Counted from the stretch's first letter, positions 1 to 16,035 are shown. The stretch: DNA of 64,000 nt from Guillardia theta CCMP2712 (GCF_000315625.1 NW_005434562.1:1-64000), one strand, 5' to 3'. The notes: a model not told the origin generated them from the sequence alone. Made by a program: numbers and translations.

Positions 1-59
1 GAGGAGGAGGAGGACATGATCTTTGCCTTCTAGCCATCGCTTGCAACCCCAAGGAGGAG

Positions 60-3152
<3,093 letters not shown>

Positions 3153-3306
3153 TCTCTTGAAACAATAAAACAAGGTGACAGGCTCCCGCTCCCTCCACCT
3201 CCTCCTCCCGCCTTCCACTCCTTCCCTCCTCTTCCAGCCTTTCTCCTCCTCCATACACACACACGCTTCTTCCTCTGCTCTGCCTCCACCACCACCGCAT
3301 CCTCCA

Positions 3307-4693
3307 TCATCTCATTGTCCCCCTCGGAGTTTTCTTCGCGTACGCCGCCAACTTCTGGTCGTACTCGTTGACCTTCTTGCTCCGCTTGCCTGCAGGCCTT
3401 CAGACGGGTCAACAAGCCCAGCTCTCCCCTTACTCTCTCTCAGCTTCGCTTCCAGCAGAGGCACCGCCTCGTTCGCTCTGCTCTCGAACGCCTGCCCTCT
3501 CACTTCAGAGGTCTCCTCCACTTCCCAGCTGCACTTCACCTGCGTTATCGCGTGATCCATCCCCAGCTCCTGCCCAGCTGTCTCCACCGACTTGAGATAG
3601 CTCTGGATCGCCTTGTCATACTGCGATGCGTCAGCACTCTCCTTCTCCTTCCTCTCCTTCCGTTCCCTTCTCCCCTCCTCTACCATCCCCACCCCTCCGC
3701 CCTCCTCCGCAACCTCCCTCCCCTCCCTTCTCCTCCCATCGACTCGCCTGTTGAAGGTGCTCGAACTCCACCGCCATGTTGTGATAGCACACGGCGAGAA
3801 TCGACGAGTCCTGCACGCGCTCAGCTGCTCTTCGCCTCCTCCCGCCTCTTCACCTTCTCCTCCCCCATCTCGTCTAGAAATCCCGGCGTCACCCCACTAG
3901 CATAGTTCTCCCCAAGCAGAAGGTCCAGCGCACACTGACTTGTCGTATCAGATCTGTTACGCTCCCCTAAGGCTTGCTGACCTGGCAGTGCTGCAGGGCA
4001 TGCTGGTGGCGGCCCAGCCTTGACAGGATAGCGCACTGATAGCCCAGCAGCTTCAGCTGGCCAACATCCCGCAAACATGCTGACTCACCAGGTTCAGGTG
4101 GGTACAAGCTGGATTGTCTGCCTTGCTGCTCGCGATCTCCAGCTTCAGGGCCTTCTCGGCGAAGCCTTTGCCGGGCGTCAGCTGAGGAGAGGAGGGAGCA
4201 AAGAAGCAGGGGAAACCTAGAGCTGTCTTGAGGAAGCCTCTCTTCTTGTGGATGCAGGACATGTTATTGAACGTGATGGCCAAAAGTTTCCTCCTTGAGT
4301 CCTCGAGTCAGGCTCTGACAGGAAGAGGAGCTGTCATGCCCTACCTGTCGTCAGCCTCCCCAAACTTCACGTCGCCTTTGGTCAGCTCCTTCGCTCGGTT
4401 CAGCAGGTCCATGGCCTGGTCAACGCATGAGCACAAGAGGAACAGGAGCGAACTTGATGCATGTCCCACCAGCTCGTAGTCGTCAGTCTGTAGCATCTTC
4501 ATGGCAGCCACGTTGTACTCTGTCACCAGCCGCTTCCACTGCCTCACGGACTCGTCGTGGTCCAGGCCAAACGCCTTCACACGATGAGCCAGACTCTAGC
4601 GCATCAACCATGAGCACGATGAGAGGTCGTTGGTCAGATTACCTTCTCCATGAACGAGATGCTCTCGAGAGCAGCCTTGGCGGCTTGCGACAT
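3307..4693 (-). CDS. Tetratricopeptide-repeat (TPR)-like protein, multi-exon
   Basis: Spliced helices AITFNNMSCIHKKRG..AEKALKLE, ACTHLNL, LAVCYHNMAVEFEHL, YDKAIQSYLKSVETAGQELGMDH are TPR-like; ATG at 4693 (MSQAAKAALES). Confidence 0.7.
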
Positions 4694-5019
4694 GGCAACG
4701 AAGAGTAGAGGCAAAGGAAAGTTCGATGGAGAGTTAAGTTCGAAGGATCACAACTGTCGAGGAGAGAAGAAAATTGTAAGAACGAAGGTAAAGATGGCCC
4801 AATTACGAGGATGGTGGTAGTGGTGGAGGTTGTAGTAGTGGTGATGCAAAAGCGAACAGAAGATCAGCAGGAGCAGGAGCACACGAGGTAGAAGAAGGAA
4901 GGAATGAGAGAGGGAGAGAGAAAGAGCAGGTGGGCAGGTGGGCAGCAGTGGGTCAAGCACAGCAGGCGGGTTTGGTGGAAAACAATGCAGTTGCGGACAA
5001 CGGAAATGTTGGGGATACA

Positions 5020-5266
5020 GAAGGGGTGTTTCTGATATGATCAAAGGGGGTGGGGGTACTTGCAAATATTTGTGGGTAGGGTGAGGAAATCAGTGGGTGG
5101 TAGATATACCCCGGCATATTTTTAGGTGGGGTGAAGGAATACCCGTTTAATTTCTATTGTAAGGGTGGGTACCAGACTTGTGATTGACCGTAGCATGAGG
5201 CAAGAGGGGGTAGTCAAGAATCAATGAGGGTGGTATTCACGAAGGGTAGGGTAGGGGGTGGGGGTT
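5020..5266. promoter_or_regulatory. GGGGT/GGGT(A/G)-rich array in divergent intergenic region (putative promoter elements)
   Basis: More than 10 GGGT/GGGGT motifs in an AT-richer background between the TPR and rpl2 starts; the same motif clusters upstream of other genes. Confidence 0.45.
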
Positions 5267-5429
5267 GTCAGCGTGCAAACAGTTTTTTCCCAATGGTGGT
5301 ATCAATAATGAACACTTCAAATTATTTCTATTTAGTTTTGAACTTTTAGTTTCAATTTTGAACCAAATTCCATCCCAATTTGAGCACTTTGGAATATTAG
5401 CTTTGCAACCGGAAGCGCGAGGGAAGGCC

Positions 5430-6746
5430 ATGTTGGCGGCGAGGAGAGCAGTGCGGCATGCCGCGGCTCTAGCGTCTCCTCCGGTCGCCATGGGGGGCAG
5501 TAGAACAAAGCTGCTGCCCTCTCTTCGGCCTTACCACATGATCTCATATCACTCTCCAGGATGTCGCTCCCTTCCTGCGCCCTCTCTGTATTCATCCCCA
5601 GGATCCGCTACCATGCCTGCTCCCATGAAGGCTTCCTCCTCTCAAGTGATCCGCCAGCTCTCTGTGGGAGCTGCTCGTTCGGGCCCATCCATGGCGATGC
5701 CATGCTCTCTCTTGGGGTTGAAGGGCAAGGGAAGGAACTTTAGCAGTGAGGCGGCGCAGGAATTGGACGCCAAGCAGCCCCCCGCACCAGCGGTTCAGAC
5801 GAATACCGTCCTCTGGCCTCTGAAGCCTCCCAAGAGGAAGAAGACTGTCACTTGGTATGGCGCGCGCATTTCTACCGACCCCACTTGCCCTAGTGTGATC
5901 AGGAGGAAGCCAACGACTCCGTCGCAGAGGCACACAGCCCTTATCGACAAGGAATATCTGTGGAAGGGCAAGCCGCTGAAGTCCCTCACGATCGGCTTGA
6001 GGAAGACGGGAGGGAGGAACAAAGATGGACGCATTACTGTACGTCATAGAGGAGGAGGAAACAAGCGAAGATACAGGATCATCGATTTCTTGCGTGCTCC
6101 TCCTCACCACGAGGGCGTGATCATGAACGTGGTTGAGAGGATTGAGTACGACCCGAACCGATCCGCGCTGATCGCTCTCCTCCGATGCACCACCCCTGGC
6201 CTTGGGAAGGCGTTCTCCTATATCATCTGTCCTCTCGGCATCAAGATCGGGCAGGAGCTCGAGTCGAGCAGGTCGCAGCAGGTCAACATGAAGGATGGCA
6301 ACGCCATGCCATTGCGGTTCGTTCAGGTGGGAACGCTAGTCCACAACATCGAGATGACCCCTGGGAAGGGAGCACAGCTGTGCAGGTCAGCTGGAGCCGC
6401 TGCGATGCTGCTGGAGAAGGACGAAGCCACCGGCCTGGCGCTTCTGCGCATGCAGAGCAAGGAGCAGAGGTATGTGAAGCTCAACTGCGTCGCAACGATA
6501 GGGAGAGTTTCAAACCCCGAGCACATGAACCAGAGCCTGGGGAAGGCGGGACGAAACCGATGGAAGGGAAAGAGGCCCAGCGTGAGAGGTGTGGCGATGA
6601 ACCCCGTTGATCACCCTCATGGAGGAGGTGAGGGCAAGAAGTCTGGCCGGGGCGTGTCGCCATGGGGTTGGAACACGAAGGGATACAAGACTGTGAGGAA
6701 GAAGAACCCTCTTATCCGCCTGCCTCGTTGGAAGGCGAAGTTGTAA
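5430..6746 (+). CDS. rpl2: Bacterial-type ribosomal protein L2 with long N-terminal presequence (probably mitochondrial uL2m)
   Basis: Canonical L2 motifs GRNKDGRITVRHRGGGNKRRYRIIDF, IEYDPNRSALIAL, RPSVRGVAMNPVDHPHGGGEG; Arg/Ala/Ser-rich N-terminus (MLAARRAVRHAAALAS..RNFSSEA) typical of mitochondrial targeting. Confidence 0.93.
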   Translation: MLAARRAVRHAAALASPPVAMGGSRTKLLPSLRPYHMISYHSPGCRSLPAPSLYSSPGSATMPAPMKASSSQVIRQLSVGAARSGPSMAMPCSLLGLKGKGRNFSSEAAQELDAKQPPAPAVQTNTVLWPLKPPKRKKTVTWYGARISTDPTCPSVIRRKPTTPSQRHTALIDKEYLWKGKPLKSLTIGLRKTGGRNKDGRITVRHRGGGNKRRYRIIDFLRAPPHHEGVIMNVVERIEYDPNRSALIALLRCTTPGLGKAFSYIICPLGIKIGQELESSRSQQVNMKDGNAMPLRFVQVGTLVHNIEMTPGKGAQLCRSAGAAAMLLEKDEATGLALLRMQSKEQRYVKLNCVATIGRVSNPEHMNQSLGKAGRNRWKGKRPSVRGVAMNPVDHPHGGGEGKKSGRGVSPWGWNTKGYKTVRKKNPLIRLPRWKAKL

Positions 6747-6839
6747 GATGTGATGGAAGGATGATTGTCAGCATGCTGCTTGCCCGTCTTGTTTCATTAC
6801 AGGGATCCTAACGAGAAGGCAGCCGCTGCTTCCTCCTCC

Positions 6840-7705
6840 TCACTGCTTGTCTTGGCCGCTCTTCTTTTGCAAGCCGATGAAGCGAGCCCACATCACCCAC
6901 GTTGCACCTGCAGGTGTATCAGAGCAGGAGGGGGAGGGAGGGAGGGAGGGAGGGTGCAGAGGAAGCGGGTAGAGGAAGGGGGGGCAGTCAGGCTGGGAGT
7001 TTGAGAGGAGGTAGAAGACGAGGAGTAGTAGAGTTGACATGCATGTAGCACCTCCTACGATGTTGTTGCCAGTGCGGAGGACAAGCGACCCGGCCCTCCC
7101 CCCGGCTGGGGCGACACTGTAGAGCACCTGCAAGAAAAATGAGGGCGGGCAGGGAGGGGAGGAGGAGGAAAGAGGTAGGTGAGGAGGAAGTTTAGCCGAG
7201 GACGAGAAGTTTTGACTCACGCGCTCAAGTCCGTTGACGATCTGATATCGCGGGTTTGTGGAAACGAACATGAAGGAGGCCCAGCTGCCACGGCGATTTC
7301 AGGACTGAGAGGAGGAGGAGGAGGAGGAGGAGGAGGAGAAAAGCGGATAGAGGTGAAGGTCAAGGAAGAAGACCAAGAGGATAGAACAGAGGCGAGAGGA
7401 AGGACGGGAGGAGGGAAGGAGGAGGGAATGTCACCCCAAGCTGTTCGCCAGGACGTTTGGCATCCTCTTGTCGGAGCTGCTCGTGGGATCAGCCAGCTGG
7501 CGGATGAGGAGGAGCATGTAACTAGTTGGACGTCAGCTCGGATGCGAACAAGAGCGAGAAATACGCAATGGATGTGCCTCCCACCGATCCTAGGAAGCCG
7601 CAGAAGGCGAACAAGGAGCCCTTGTACATGCCAGCTCCGAACTGGGAATGAAAGAGTGAGAGTGGACAAGCATATCCGTCATCGTCGTCGTCGTCATCAT
7701 CATCA

Positions 7706-7740
<35 letters not shown>

Positions 7741-8989
7741 ATCATCATCGTCATCGTCATCACCCTTTGAGCTAGGCTGTACTGCCCCTCGGCAAACACA
7801 AAGGCAGGGAGCTTCGCCAGTTGAGCTGACAATCTGCTCGCCAACGTCAAAATTGCGCGAGGTTCTTGCTCAAAATCGAGACCTTCCAGCTGAGGCTGGC
7901 ATCGCCCGCACACTGGGAGCTAGAAGCCAGATGAGCACAAAGTTGAGCACAGCTCCAACTGCACGAGATAGATGTCAGTCATGGCGACCTTCCTTTCCTC
8001 CTTTCCTCCCCCTCCTCCTCATCTTCGTCTTCGTCTTCCACTACCACCACCACAACCACCACCTCGACCTCGACCTCGACCTCGACCTCGACCTCGACCT
8101 CCTGCACCTCCCCTTTCTCCTCCTCCTCTTTTTCCTCCTCCTCTCCCTCCTCCTCCTCCCGAACTTAACTTCTACTTCGCCTCCGTCTCACCCGCACAGT
8201 CGGTGAGGAAGAAGTCGAGCTCCTTCAGAATATCCTTGCCTCTTGCCGCAACTGTCCCCGACATGGCGAGACCCAGCCCGACCGTCTCCTCCACCATCAT
8301 CTTGTACGCGAATTCCGGGTCAGCCAGCATCTTGTCGCGCCATGCCGGCCAGGAGTTGATGAGGAAGCGATTGAGGGCGTTTGAGTAGGAGCGGAGGAAC
8401 CTCGAGAGTTTCTCAGCTGACAGGGCCAGGGCCCCAGCTGGGAGATCCGACGGCTTCAAGTTGTACTGCTTGAGGAGAGCTGCGATCTCGCCGTCCACCT
8501 CCTCCTCCTCCCCTTCGCCGTCACCGTCTCCTCCTCTTCCTGATCGGCCAATGATCCCTCCGTTGCCGCCTCCAGAAGCAAGAGGAGGGAGGAAAGAGCT
8601 CTCCTTCCTGCTGTACGGATTCGCGACGTGAACGATCCTTGCGCTGTTTGATGTGTCAGCGCACGAGAGGAGGGAAACCCTCTGACATTACCGGGACACC
8701 GAAGAGCCTGTAAGGGCCATACGACAACCCATCCCTCCCGTGAAAGCCTGCAAGTCGCATGTAATGAGTTGACGGTTGGACCTCCTCCTTTTCCCTGTCC
8801 CAATCTTCCCTTCTCTGCTTCTCCCCTCCCCCTCCTCCCCCCCCTCTTCCCTCTCTTCACCATTCCTATCCAATATCCCCCGTCAGATCATGTTTGCATT
8901 GCCTGGGTTGGAGTGAAGGCCATGGCGCATCCGAGCATGAGGAGTTGCGAGACCAGAACGCCGACGACAACCTTGTCTCTGCTCAGCAT
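6840..8989 (-). CDS. RETICULATA-related (DUF3411) plastid envelope protein with bipartite targeting sequence
   Basis: ADPEFAYKMMVEETVG..GKDILKELDFF, PAFVFAEGQYSLAQR, FMFVSTNPRYQIVNGLE, LRTGNNIVGG..WVMWARFIGLQ; Gly-rich then acidic linker; exon 1 MLSRDKVVVGVLVSQLLMLGCAMA-FTP is a signal peptide followed by Phe. Confidence 0.85.
7678..7762. repeat. (CAT/CGT)n trinucleotide microsatellite, intronic
   Basis: Direct reading. Confidence 0.9.
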
Positions 8990-9449
8990 CGTCTTGTCTC
9001 TATCCAGCCACTCTCTAGATCTCGCCAAGTTTGGTGCTTTCGACCTGTGCTGACCATAACGAGTCAAAAGTGTTTTGAGATGATCGAGCTGGAATCAAAA
9101 TCTTTCCTTTCACCCTCCTCAATTCCATCTCACTTAGTGGGGGATTATGCCTCCGGCTCCCTCCCTGACCCTCCCTCCCTCCCTCTACCTCTTTTTTCCC
9201 TCACTCCCTCTATCTCTTCCATCACTCAATCCCTCTCCCTCTACCTCTTACCCTCCCTCCCTCCACCTCTTCCCTCCCTCCCTCCCTCCCTCCCTCCCTC
9301 CCTGCACCTCCTTCCTCTCACTCCCTCTATCCCTCGTTCCTCTCCCTCCCTCCCTTCACCTCGTTCCTCTCACTCCCTCTATCCCTTGTTGCTCTCCCTC
9401 CCTCCATCCCTGAGGCCACGAGGCCATCGGGATCCCAGGGACATGATTA

Positions 9450-10010
9450 GGAGGTGGGGGTGGAGGAGGGAAGTTATTAAGAGGGTAGGGGTAGTCAAGA
9501 TATGGGTTTGCGCTTAATTTGATTGAGATTTGACCAGAAAGAATGGGGTCTTGTATGTGTAATTGAGGGGTGAAAATTATTGAAGTGTGGTGGGGGTCTA
9601 TTTTTTCAAAATTAGTTGGTAGGGTAGTACAAAATATACGCGGAGTTGTGGGGGTATTTTGTTAGGGGACTTCCGTTACGATGACGTTACACATCACTCA
9701 TCCAGCGACCCGGCCGGCCCAGTCCGGAGTCAATCGGCGAGTCCGCCTCGTCTGGGTGAAGGATCAGTCAACTTCGGACCCTACTAGTGTTAGAATTGGT
9801 GGTAGGGGTAGTCAAAGGCTTCAGTAGCCACCCCTACATAGCTATGTATTCGGCCTGTTCCATGCCTGGTGGGTGGGTAGGGGGAGTGAAAGCACGGGGC
9901 GGGTGGTCGCTTTTGAAAACGATGTCGAAGCAATGGCCGGAGTGAGCGGCGGCAGGTCAGTGAATTGGGCGTGCGATGGCGATGCGAGAGGGGAAGATGA
10001 GAGGGGTAGG
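9450..10010. promoter_or_regulatory. GGGGT-rich divergent intergenic region with a CCGG-rich core at ~9700-9760
   Basis: Repeated GGGGT/GGGTA motifs between the RETICULATA-related gene and the 10390 gene. Confidence 0.4.
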
Positions 10011-10389
10011 ATGCGGTCAAGAGAGAGCATGTGCTGAGGGTGAGAAGATATGGCATGTATTGTTATGATAAGAGGAGTAGCCGTCGGATTCTAGCTCAGT
10101 CAAGGTTGGTGTGACGACAAAGAACTGTAAAGTGGTGGCAGGGTGGGATAGGAGCAAGGAGACAGGAGGGAGAAAACTTCTTGACTAGTCATTGATGGGA
10201 ATGAGCTGAAGGAATAGTCGAAAATCGTGCACGGTTGTGGAAGCAGCCTAGTCCACAGCGGCCGCTGTTTTTGACGGTAGAGAACCCCTGAACAGGTCAG
10301 CTTCGAGCGCCCAGGCTCGTCCAGGGCAATATGAGCCTGGAAACAATGGCTTCGAGAACATCCTTGCGCCTGCCATCGCCGAAGGTGCG

Positions 10390-13300
10390 ATGCGGAGAGC
10401 ATCTCAGCATGTGAGACTTCCTTCAGGGTTCGACGCGCTATCGCAGTTCGGCAACGCCTTCCAGGGAGCCTCCCATATCTTTCCCCTCAAGTCGCAAGAG
10501 TCCCCCAAGCAATCCCCACCTCCTCCTCGCCCTCCTCGTCAGTCTCAGACCATCAAGCCAGGGGAGATCTGGTGTCCAGAGTACGACGCAGAGCTTCTCC
10601 ATTCTTTGAGGAGAGGAAACAGCCAGGCATCGACTCCTAAAGTTCTTCCTCACGTCGTGCAGGAGCTGAAGCCGCGGGCTGCCTCATCCACCATGCAGGA
10701 CTCTCGCATTCACGTCACCTCCGACAGAGATCTCGACGTCGCGGCGCTCGACTCAGGCAGGGCAGGTGCTGGTCAGTCTCAGCAGCAGTCCTCCTCGCAT
10801 CAGGGGGCTCCTTCTTCCAACGCCCGGACGACGATGCAGACGGTGACGACCAACGAGTCGCTGGAGCATCCGGTGAAGGTCACACACGGTGAGGAGGAGA
10901 TCATCTACAACATTCCCGGGCTCGAAATCCTTCCGGACGAGACGGAAATCTTTCAGGAGTACCAGAATCAAGCTTGGAACGGGTGGCAGGAGGGAGTAGT
11001 ACACGTAGCCACTCCCATGCAAGAGGTTACAGATGCTATGGAGCTTACAGAGAATCGGGCGGTGCGGGCACAGGTAAGTTCCTTCTCCTCCCCCTCCTTC
11101 GCCCCCTTCCCCTCGATGCTCGACAAAGCATTTTGTTTCTCTATCTCCTTTCTCCCTTGCTTCTCTCCTGCCGCTTATCCCTCCCTCCCCCCTCCTGGCA
11201 TCTGATGATGACGTCACTTGTCAGGCAGTAGAGTTCTCTACCACTCCCGTGCGCTTCATGTCCCAGGTGCCCAACATGTTCCCCCAGAGTTTAGAACCTC
11301 AGAGCACGACCAAGAATCCCGTGAGAACCTCCCAGCTCGACCTCAGCGTCTCCCCACCTGGCCCACAGTACATCCCTCCTTCCGAGCAGAAGCCGATCCA
11401 CAAGGAAATCAGGAGCGAGCCTCTGAGCATGGAATATCTCAACGTTCCGGCTCCAGCTCCAGCTCCGGCTCCGGCTCCGGCTCCGGCTCCAGCTTTTCCT
11501 CCTCCTGTTCATCAGCCACATGCTGCGAAGTGGGTCGGGGAGGCGCCGCCAGCTGGCCATCCTCCGGTTGACATCTGTGGGAAGTTTGCGGGCTTTCTGA
11601 TGCCGTTTAACCGATGCAGTCGATGGCGAGTGAGGATTACATCTATCAGTACAGCACTTTGTCATACATCCAGCAGAGGAGTTGCTCGATGGTGTTCATG
11701 TAAGGACTGTTGCACTCTCCTCCTCTCCTCTCCTCTCCTCTCCTCTCCTCTCCTCTCCTCTCTCCCCTCTCCTCTCCTCCCCTCCTCCTCTCCTCTCCTC
11801 TCCTCCCTCTCCTCTCCTCCCCTCCTCTCTCCTCTCCTCTCCTCTCCTCTCCTCTCCTCTCCTCTCCTCTCCTCTCCTCTCCTCTCCTCTCCTCTCCTCT
11901 CCTCTCCTCTCCTCTCCTCTCCTCTCATGGATTCAACATGTCATGATGCTGTTAGGAACGTGGCTACCGTGCTGCTGTTGAGCGCAGACATCGTGCTGGT
12001 TAGCCACTGCCTTGCTGTCTGGGTTCCGAGTGAAGAGGTTTTCAGGTGAATGTGATCTTCAATCTCCGATTCTTCAGCGGAGGAGGGAGGACGGGTACAT
12101 TTCAGGACCATCGCTGGTGCCTGATCGTCCACGAGAGTGTGAGGTAAGCCCAAGTACGTCTCGCTACCTCTCCTCCCCTCCTTCTGCCACGATTCTTCCT
12201 CCTCCTTTACTATCAACTCCTCCTCCTCCCTCGCCACTTTCATCCTGTCCTGCCTTGCTCCTCCTCATCGCTCCCTCCACTCGTCCTGTGCTATCTTCGT
12301 CATCCTCCTCCTCTCTCTCCTCATTCCCTTCCTCCCTTCCTCTCGTCCTCACTTGCAGCAAAGCTTCGCAGGCCTCGTCTCCTCCTTCGCATCAACTATT
12401 CTCCTGGTGCGAGCGGCCTCACCCTGTACAACCCTCACCCTTCCCAGATGTTCGTTGCGAGGAGATACCAGGCGTCGCTCGCCTGCCTCTACATGATCAG
12501 CATCCTTCTCTCCTCCGGCGGCCTCGTCCTCTCGGGCTTCGAGACGTGGATGGAAGAGGAGGGCTGGTCGCAGGGCCTCGAGCTCTCCTCCGGCGTCAGG
12601 ATTCTCCTCCGATCCGTGTGGATTTCTATCAGGATCCTCCTGCTCCTGTCAGTGATAGACCAGCTGCTGTCCCTCGCTGACTCCTCCTCCTCCAGGGGGC
12701 ACTGCCTGCAGATCAATTTCATCCGCCTATCCAACATGTCCCCGCCTCCTCTGCCTCCTGCCCCTGCCCCTGCCCCTGCCCCTGCCCCTGCCCCTGCCCC
12801 TGCCCCTGCCCCTGCCCCTTCCTCTTCTTACGCAGCATCATCGATGCTGGAAATGCAGCAGCAGCAGAAGCAAGGAGGCAACGTGGGCAACACGAAGCAG
12901 GAGGAGCAGGAGCGGACAGGGGCAGCAGGAGCGCAGGAGCGCCTGAAGCAAGCAAGCGTCGCTCTCCCTCGCTTCCAGCAAGCGCAGCCGCCACCTCCCT
13001 CCATGATTCTGGAGGATCAAACCAACAGGAATCGAACTTCTTCCCCCTCCTCATCCGGCATGCAGCATCCCAGCAGGAGCCCTCGAGGTGTCGGAGCCCA
13101 GCAACAGAACCACCAGGATGCCCAGCACAAGATCCAGCTGAACCTGACGCCGAGGAGCGCATCCTCTCAGTACTCTACGTCGTCCCAGCAGCAGCAGCAG
13201 GCTCGACTTCCTTTGCCTCCTCCTCCTCACAAGATCGCAGCCAACAGCCTGACTCCCAGGAGCCTTGACTTCTTCGCGTCCTCACAGAAGGGAGCAGGCA

Positions 13301-15138
13301 GCACAGCGTCTCCTCTCAGAGCCGGTTTCGCATACCCTCCTCCTCCCTTCCTCTTCCCTTCCTCTCCTTTCTCCCGCTCTTTCTCCCGCTCCTCTCCTCC
13401 TCAATTTCTTTTTCCTCTCCCTCGTTGTGATCTACTTGCAACTCCTCCTCCTTCACCTCCTCCTCCTTCACCTCCTCCTCCTCTTCCTTCGCCATCCCCC
13501 CCTCCCCCTTCCTCCTCCTCCTCCTCCTCCTCTTTGCATTTTTCTCCTTTCCTCAACTCTGCAGCAGTCAAATCACAAGAGGAAGCCACGCGTATGGCCA
13601 GCATCCTCCCAACAGATCAGGCTAGTCTCCTTGATACTTTGTTTGTTTCCTCCACCTTCACCGACTTTGTCTTTCCCCGTTCCTCCCACTGCCCCTTTCT
13701 CCTTCAACCCTCCTAATCCTCTTCTCCCTTTCCCTCCTCCTCTTCTTCCTCCTGCTCCTGCTCCTCCTTCTTCCCCTCCTCCTCCTACTCNNNNNNNNNN
13801 NNNNNNNNNNNNNNNNNNNNNNNNNNNNNNNNNNNNNNNNNNNNNNNNNNNNNNNNNNNNNNNNNNNNNNNNNNNNNNNNNNNNNNNNNNNNNNNNNNNN
13901 NNNNNNNNNNNNNNNNNNNNNNNNNNNNNNNNNNNNNNNNNNNNNNNNNNNNNNNNNNNNNNNNNNNNNNNNNNNNNNNNNNNNNNNNNNNNNNNNNNNN
14001 NNNNNNNNNNNNNNNNNNNNNNNNNNNNNNNNNNNNNNNNNNNNNNNNNNNNNNNNNNNNNNNNNNNNNNNNNNNNNNNNNNNNNNNNNNNNNNNNNNNN
14101 NNNNNNNNNNNNNNNNNNNNNNNNNNNNNNNNNNNNNNNNNNNNNNNNNNNNNNNNNNNNNNNNNNNNNNNNNNNNNNNNNNNNNNNNNNNNNNNNNNNN
14201 NNNNNNNNNNNNNNNNNNNNNNNNNNNNNNNNNNNNNNNNNNNNNNNNNNNNNNNNNNNNNNNNNNNNNNNNNNNNNNNNNNNNNNNNNNNNNNNNNNNN
14301 NNNNNNNNNNNNNNNNNNNNNNNNNNNNNNNNNNNNNNNNNNNNNNNNNNNNNNNNNNNNNNNNNNNNNNNNNNNNNNNNNNNNNNNNNNNNNNNNNNNN
14401 NNNNNNNNNNNNNNNNNNNNNNNNNNNNNNNNNNNNNNNNNNNNNNNNNNNNNNNNNNNNNNNNNNNNNNNNNNNNNNNNNNNNNNNNNNNNNNNNNNNN
14501 NNNNNNNNNNNNNNNNNNNNNNNNNNNNNNNNNNNNNNNNNNNNNNNNNNNNNNNNNNNNNNNNNNNNNNNNNNNNNNNNNNNNNNNNNNNNNNNNNNNN
14601 NNNNNNNNNNNNNNNNNNNNNNNNNNNNNNNNNNNNNNNNNNNNNNNNNNNNNNNNNNNNNNNNNNNNNNNNNNNNNNNNNNNNNNNNNNNNNNNNNNNN
14701 NNNNNNNTCCTCCTCCTCCTCCTCCTACCTCCTCCTCCTCCTCCTCCTCCTCCTCCTCCTCCCTCTCCTATCCTTTTCCTTTGTCCTCCTCCTCTTGTTT
14801 CATGTTGACATACTCGTCTGACTTACCTCATGACAGGAGGACGAAGAAGCTGCCTCTATCCCAGCAAGGTGATTCTCCTTTCCCTCCTCCTCCTCCTCCT
14901 CCTTTTCTTATCTTATCATCCTCCTCCTTTTCTTATCTTCATCATCCTCCTCCTTTTCTTATCTTCGTCCTCCTCTTCTCTCACTTCCCCAGCCATTCTC
15001 CTCGCTGATTTTCCTGCAGTTCTGCTACTTCAGCTATGAGCGATGCTGGAGGAGGTAAGGAGGAAGAAATGAGGGAGGAAGGAGGGCAACACGGGTGCCT
15101 GAAGGGGGGAGGGAGGAGAAGGGGGAGGCGCAGGAGCA

Positions 15139-15214
<76 letters not shown>

Positions 15215-15445
15215 GGAAGGAGCAGGAGCAGGGGGAGGGGAGGAGGAGGGGGGGGAGCAGGAGGAGGGGCAAGAGGAGAGAGGTTGAGGTATGGTGGGGA
15301 GCAGAAGGAGGGGCCCCTACTTCAACAGAGTTGATTGTTCTTGCAGCTCCTCGCAAGGCAAGCTTGACGTCACACCGGTGGAAGAAGACGCCGCTGCATC
15401 CGATGCAGGGGGAGGCGAACGAAGTGTTCCAGCTGTGAGAGGAGG
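10390..15445 (+). CDS. Hypothetical Pro/Gln/Ser-rich protein with several hydrophobic (TM-like) segments; multi-exon, spans a gap; may be more than one gene
   Basis: Long open exons 10390-11073, ~11266-11575 and ~12712-13320 with GT/AG borders; hydrophobic stretches VATVLLLSADIVLVSHCLAVW, SFAGLVSSFASTILL, SLACLYMISILLSSGGLVL. No family recognised; 3' end approximate. Confidence 0.45.
11716..11925. repeat. (CCTCT)n pentanucleotide microsatellite, intronic
   Basis: Direct reading. Confidence 0.9.
13791..14707. other. Assembly gap (N run)
   Basis: N characters; other gaps at ~1330-1429, ~18418-18517 and ~59313-59412. Confidence 1.
15133..15212. repeat. (GAGCAG)n hexanucleotide microsatellite, intronic
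   Basis: Direct reading. Confidence 0.9.
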
Positions 15446-15614
15446 AGGAGGAACGAGATGAGACAAGGCAACGAGGAGGAAGAGGAGGGAGAGAAGAATG
15501 AGATGAAGAGGATAAGTGAGGGAGTTAGTGTGGATGAGAACAAGGAGGAGGGAGAGAGAGGAGGGAAGAGAGGGAGGAAGGGATTTAATTTTGTTGATAT
15601 CCTATAAGTAAAAC

Positions 15615-15979
15615 TCACGCGATCAGCTTCTGATTTTGTGACTCGACAAGACCACTGCAAGCAAATGAGACAAGAATGAGAGAAAGAGGGGAGGGAGGAG
15701 GAGGAGCAGCAGCAGCAGCAGCAGCAGCAGCGAGATCAGAGTACGTACAACTCGCAGGCATGTACGAAGGGTCCAGCCTCAGCGATGGCGTGAAGAGGCT
15801 CAGGGAAAAGTCCTTGCTCGAGGACGCGGAGAAGCTCCTGCGAGGTCGGGCGAGAGCATGGGTCGTCGAGCCAGCACCTGTCACAAGATCAGCAGGAAGA
15901 AGAGGAGAGGGGAGGTAAGAGGACGAGGAAGGATAAAGAAAGCAGCAGAAGCAGGTGGAAGAAAAGTCAAAAGAAACGG

Positions 15980-16035
<56 letters not shown>

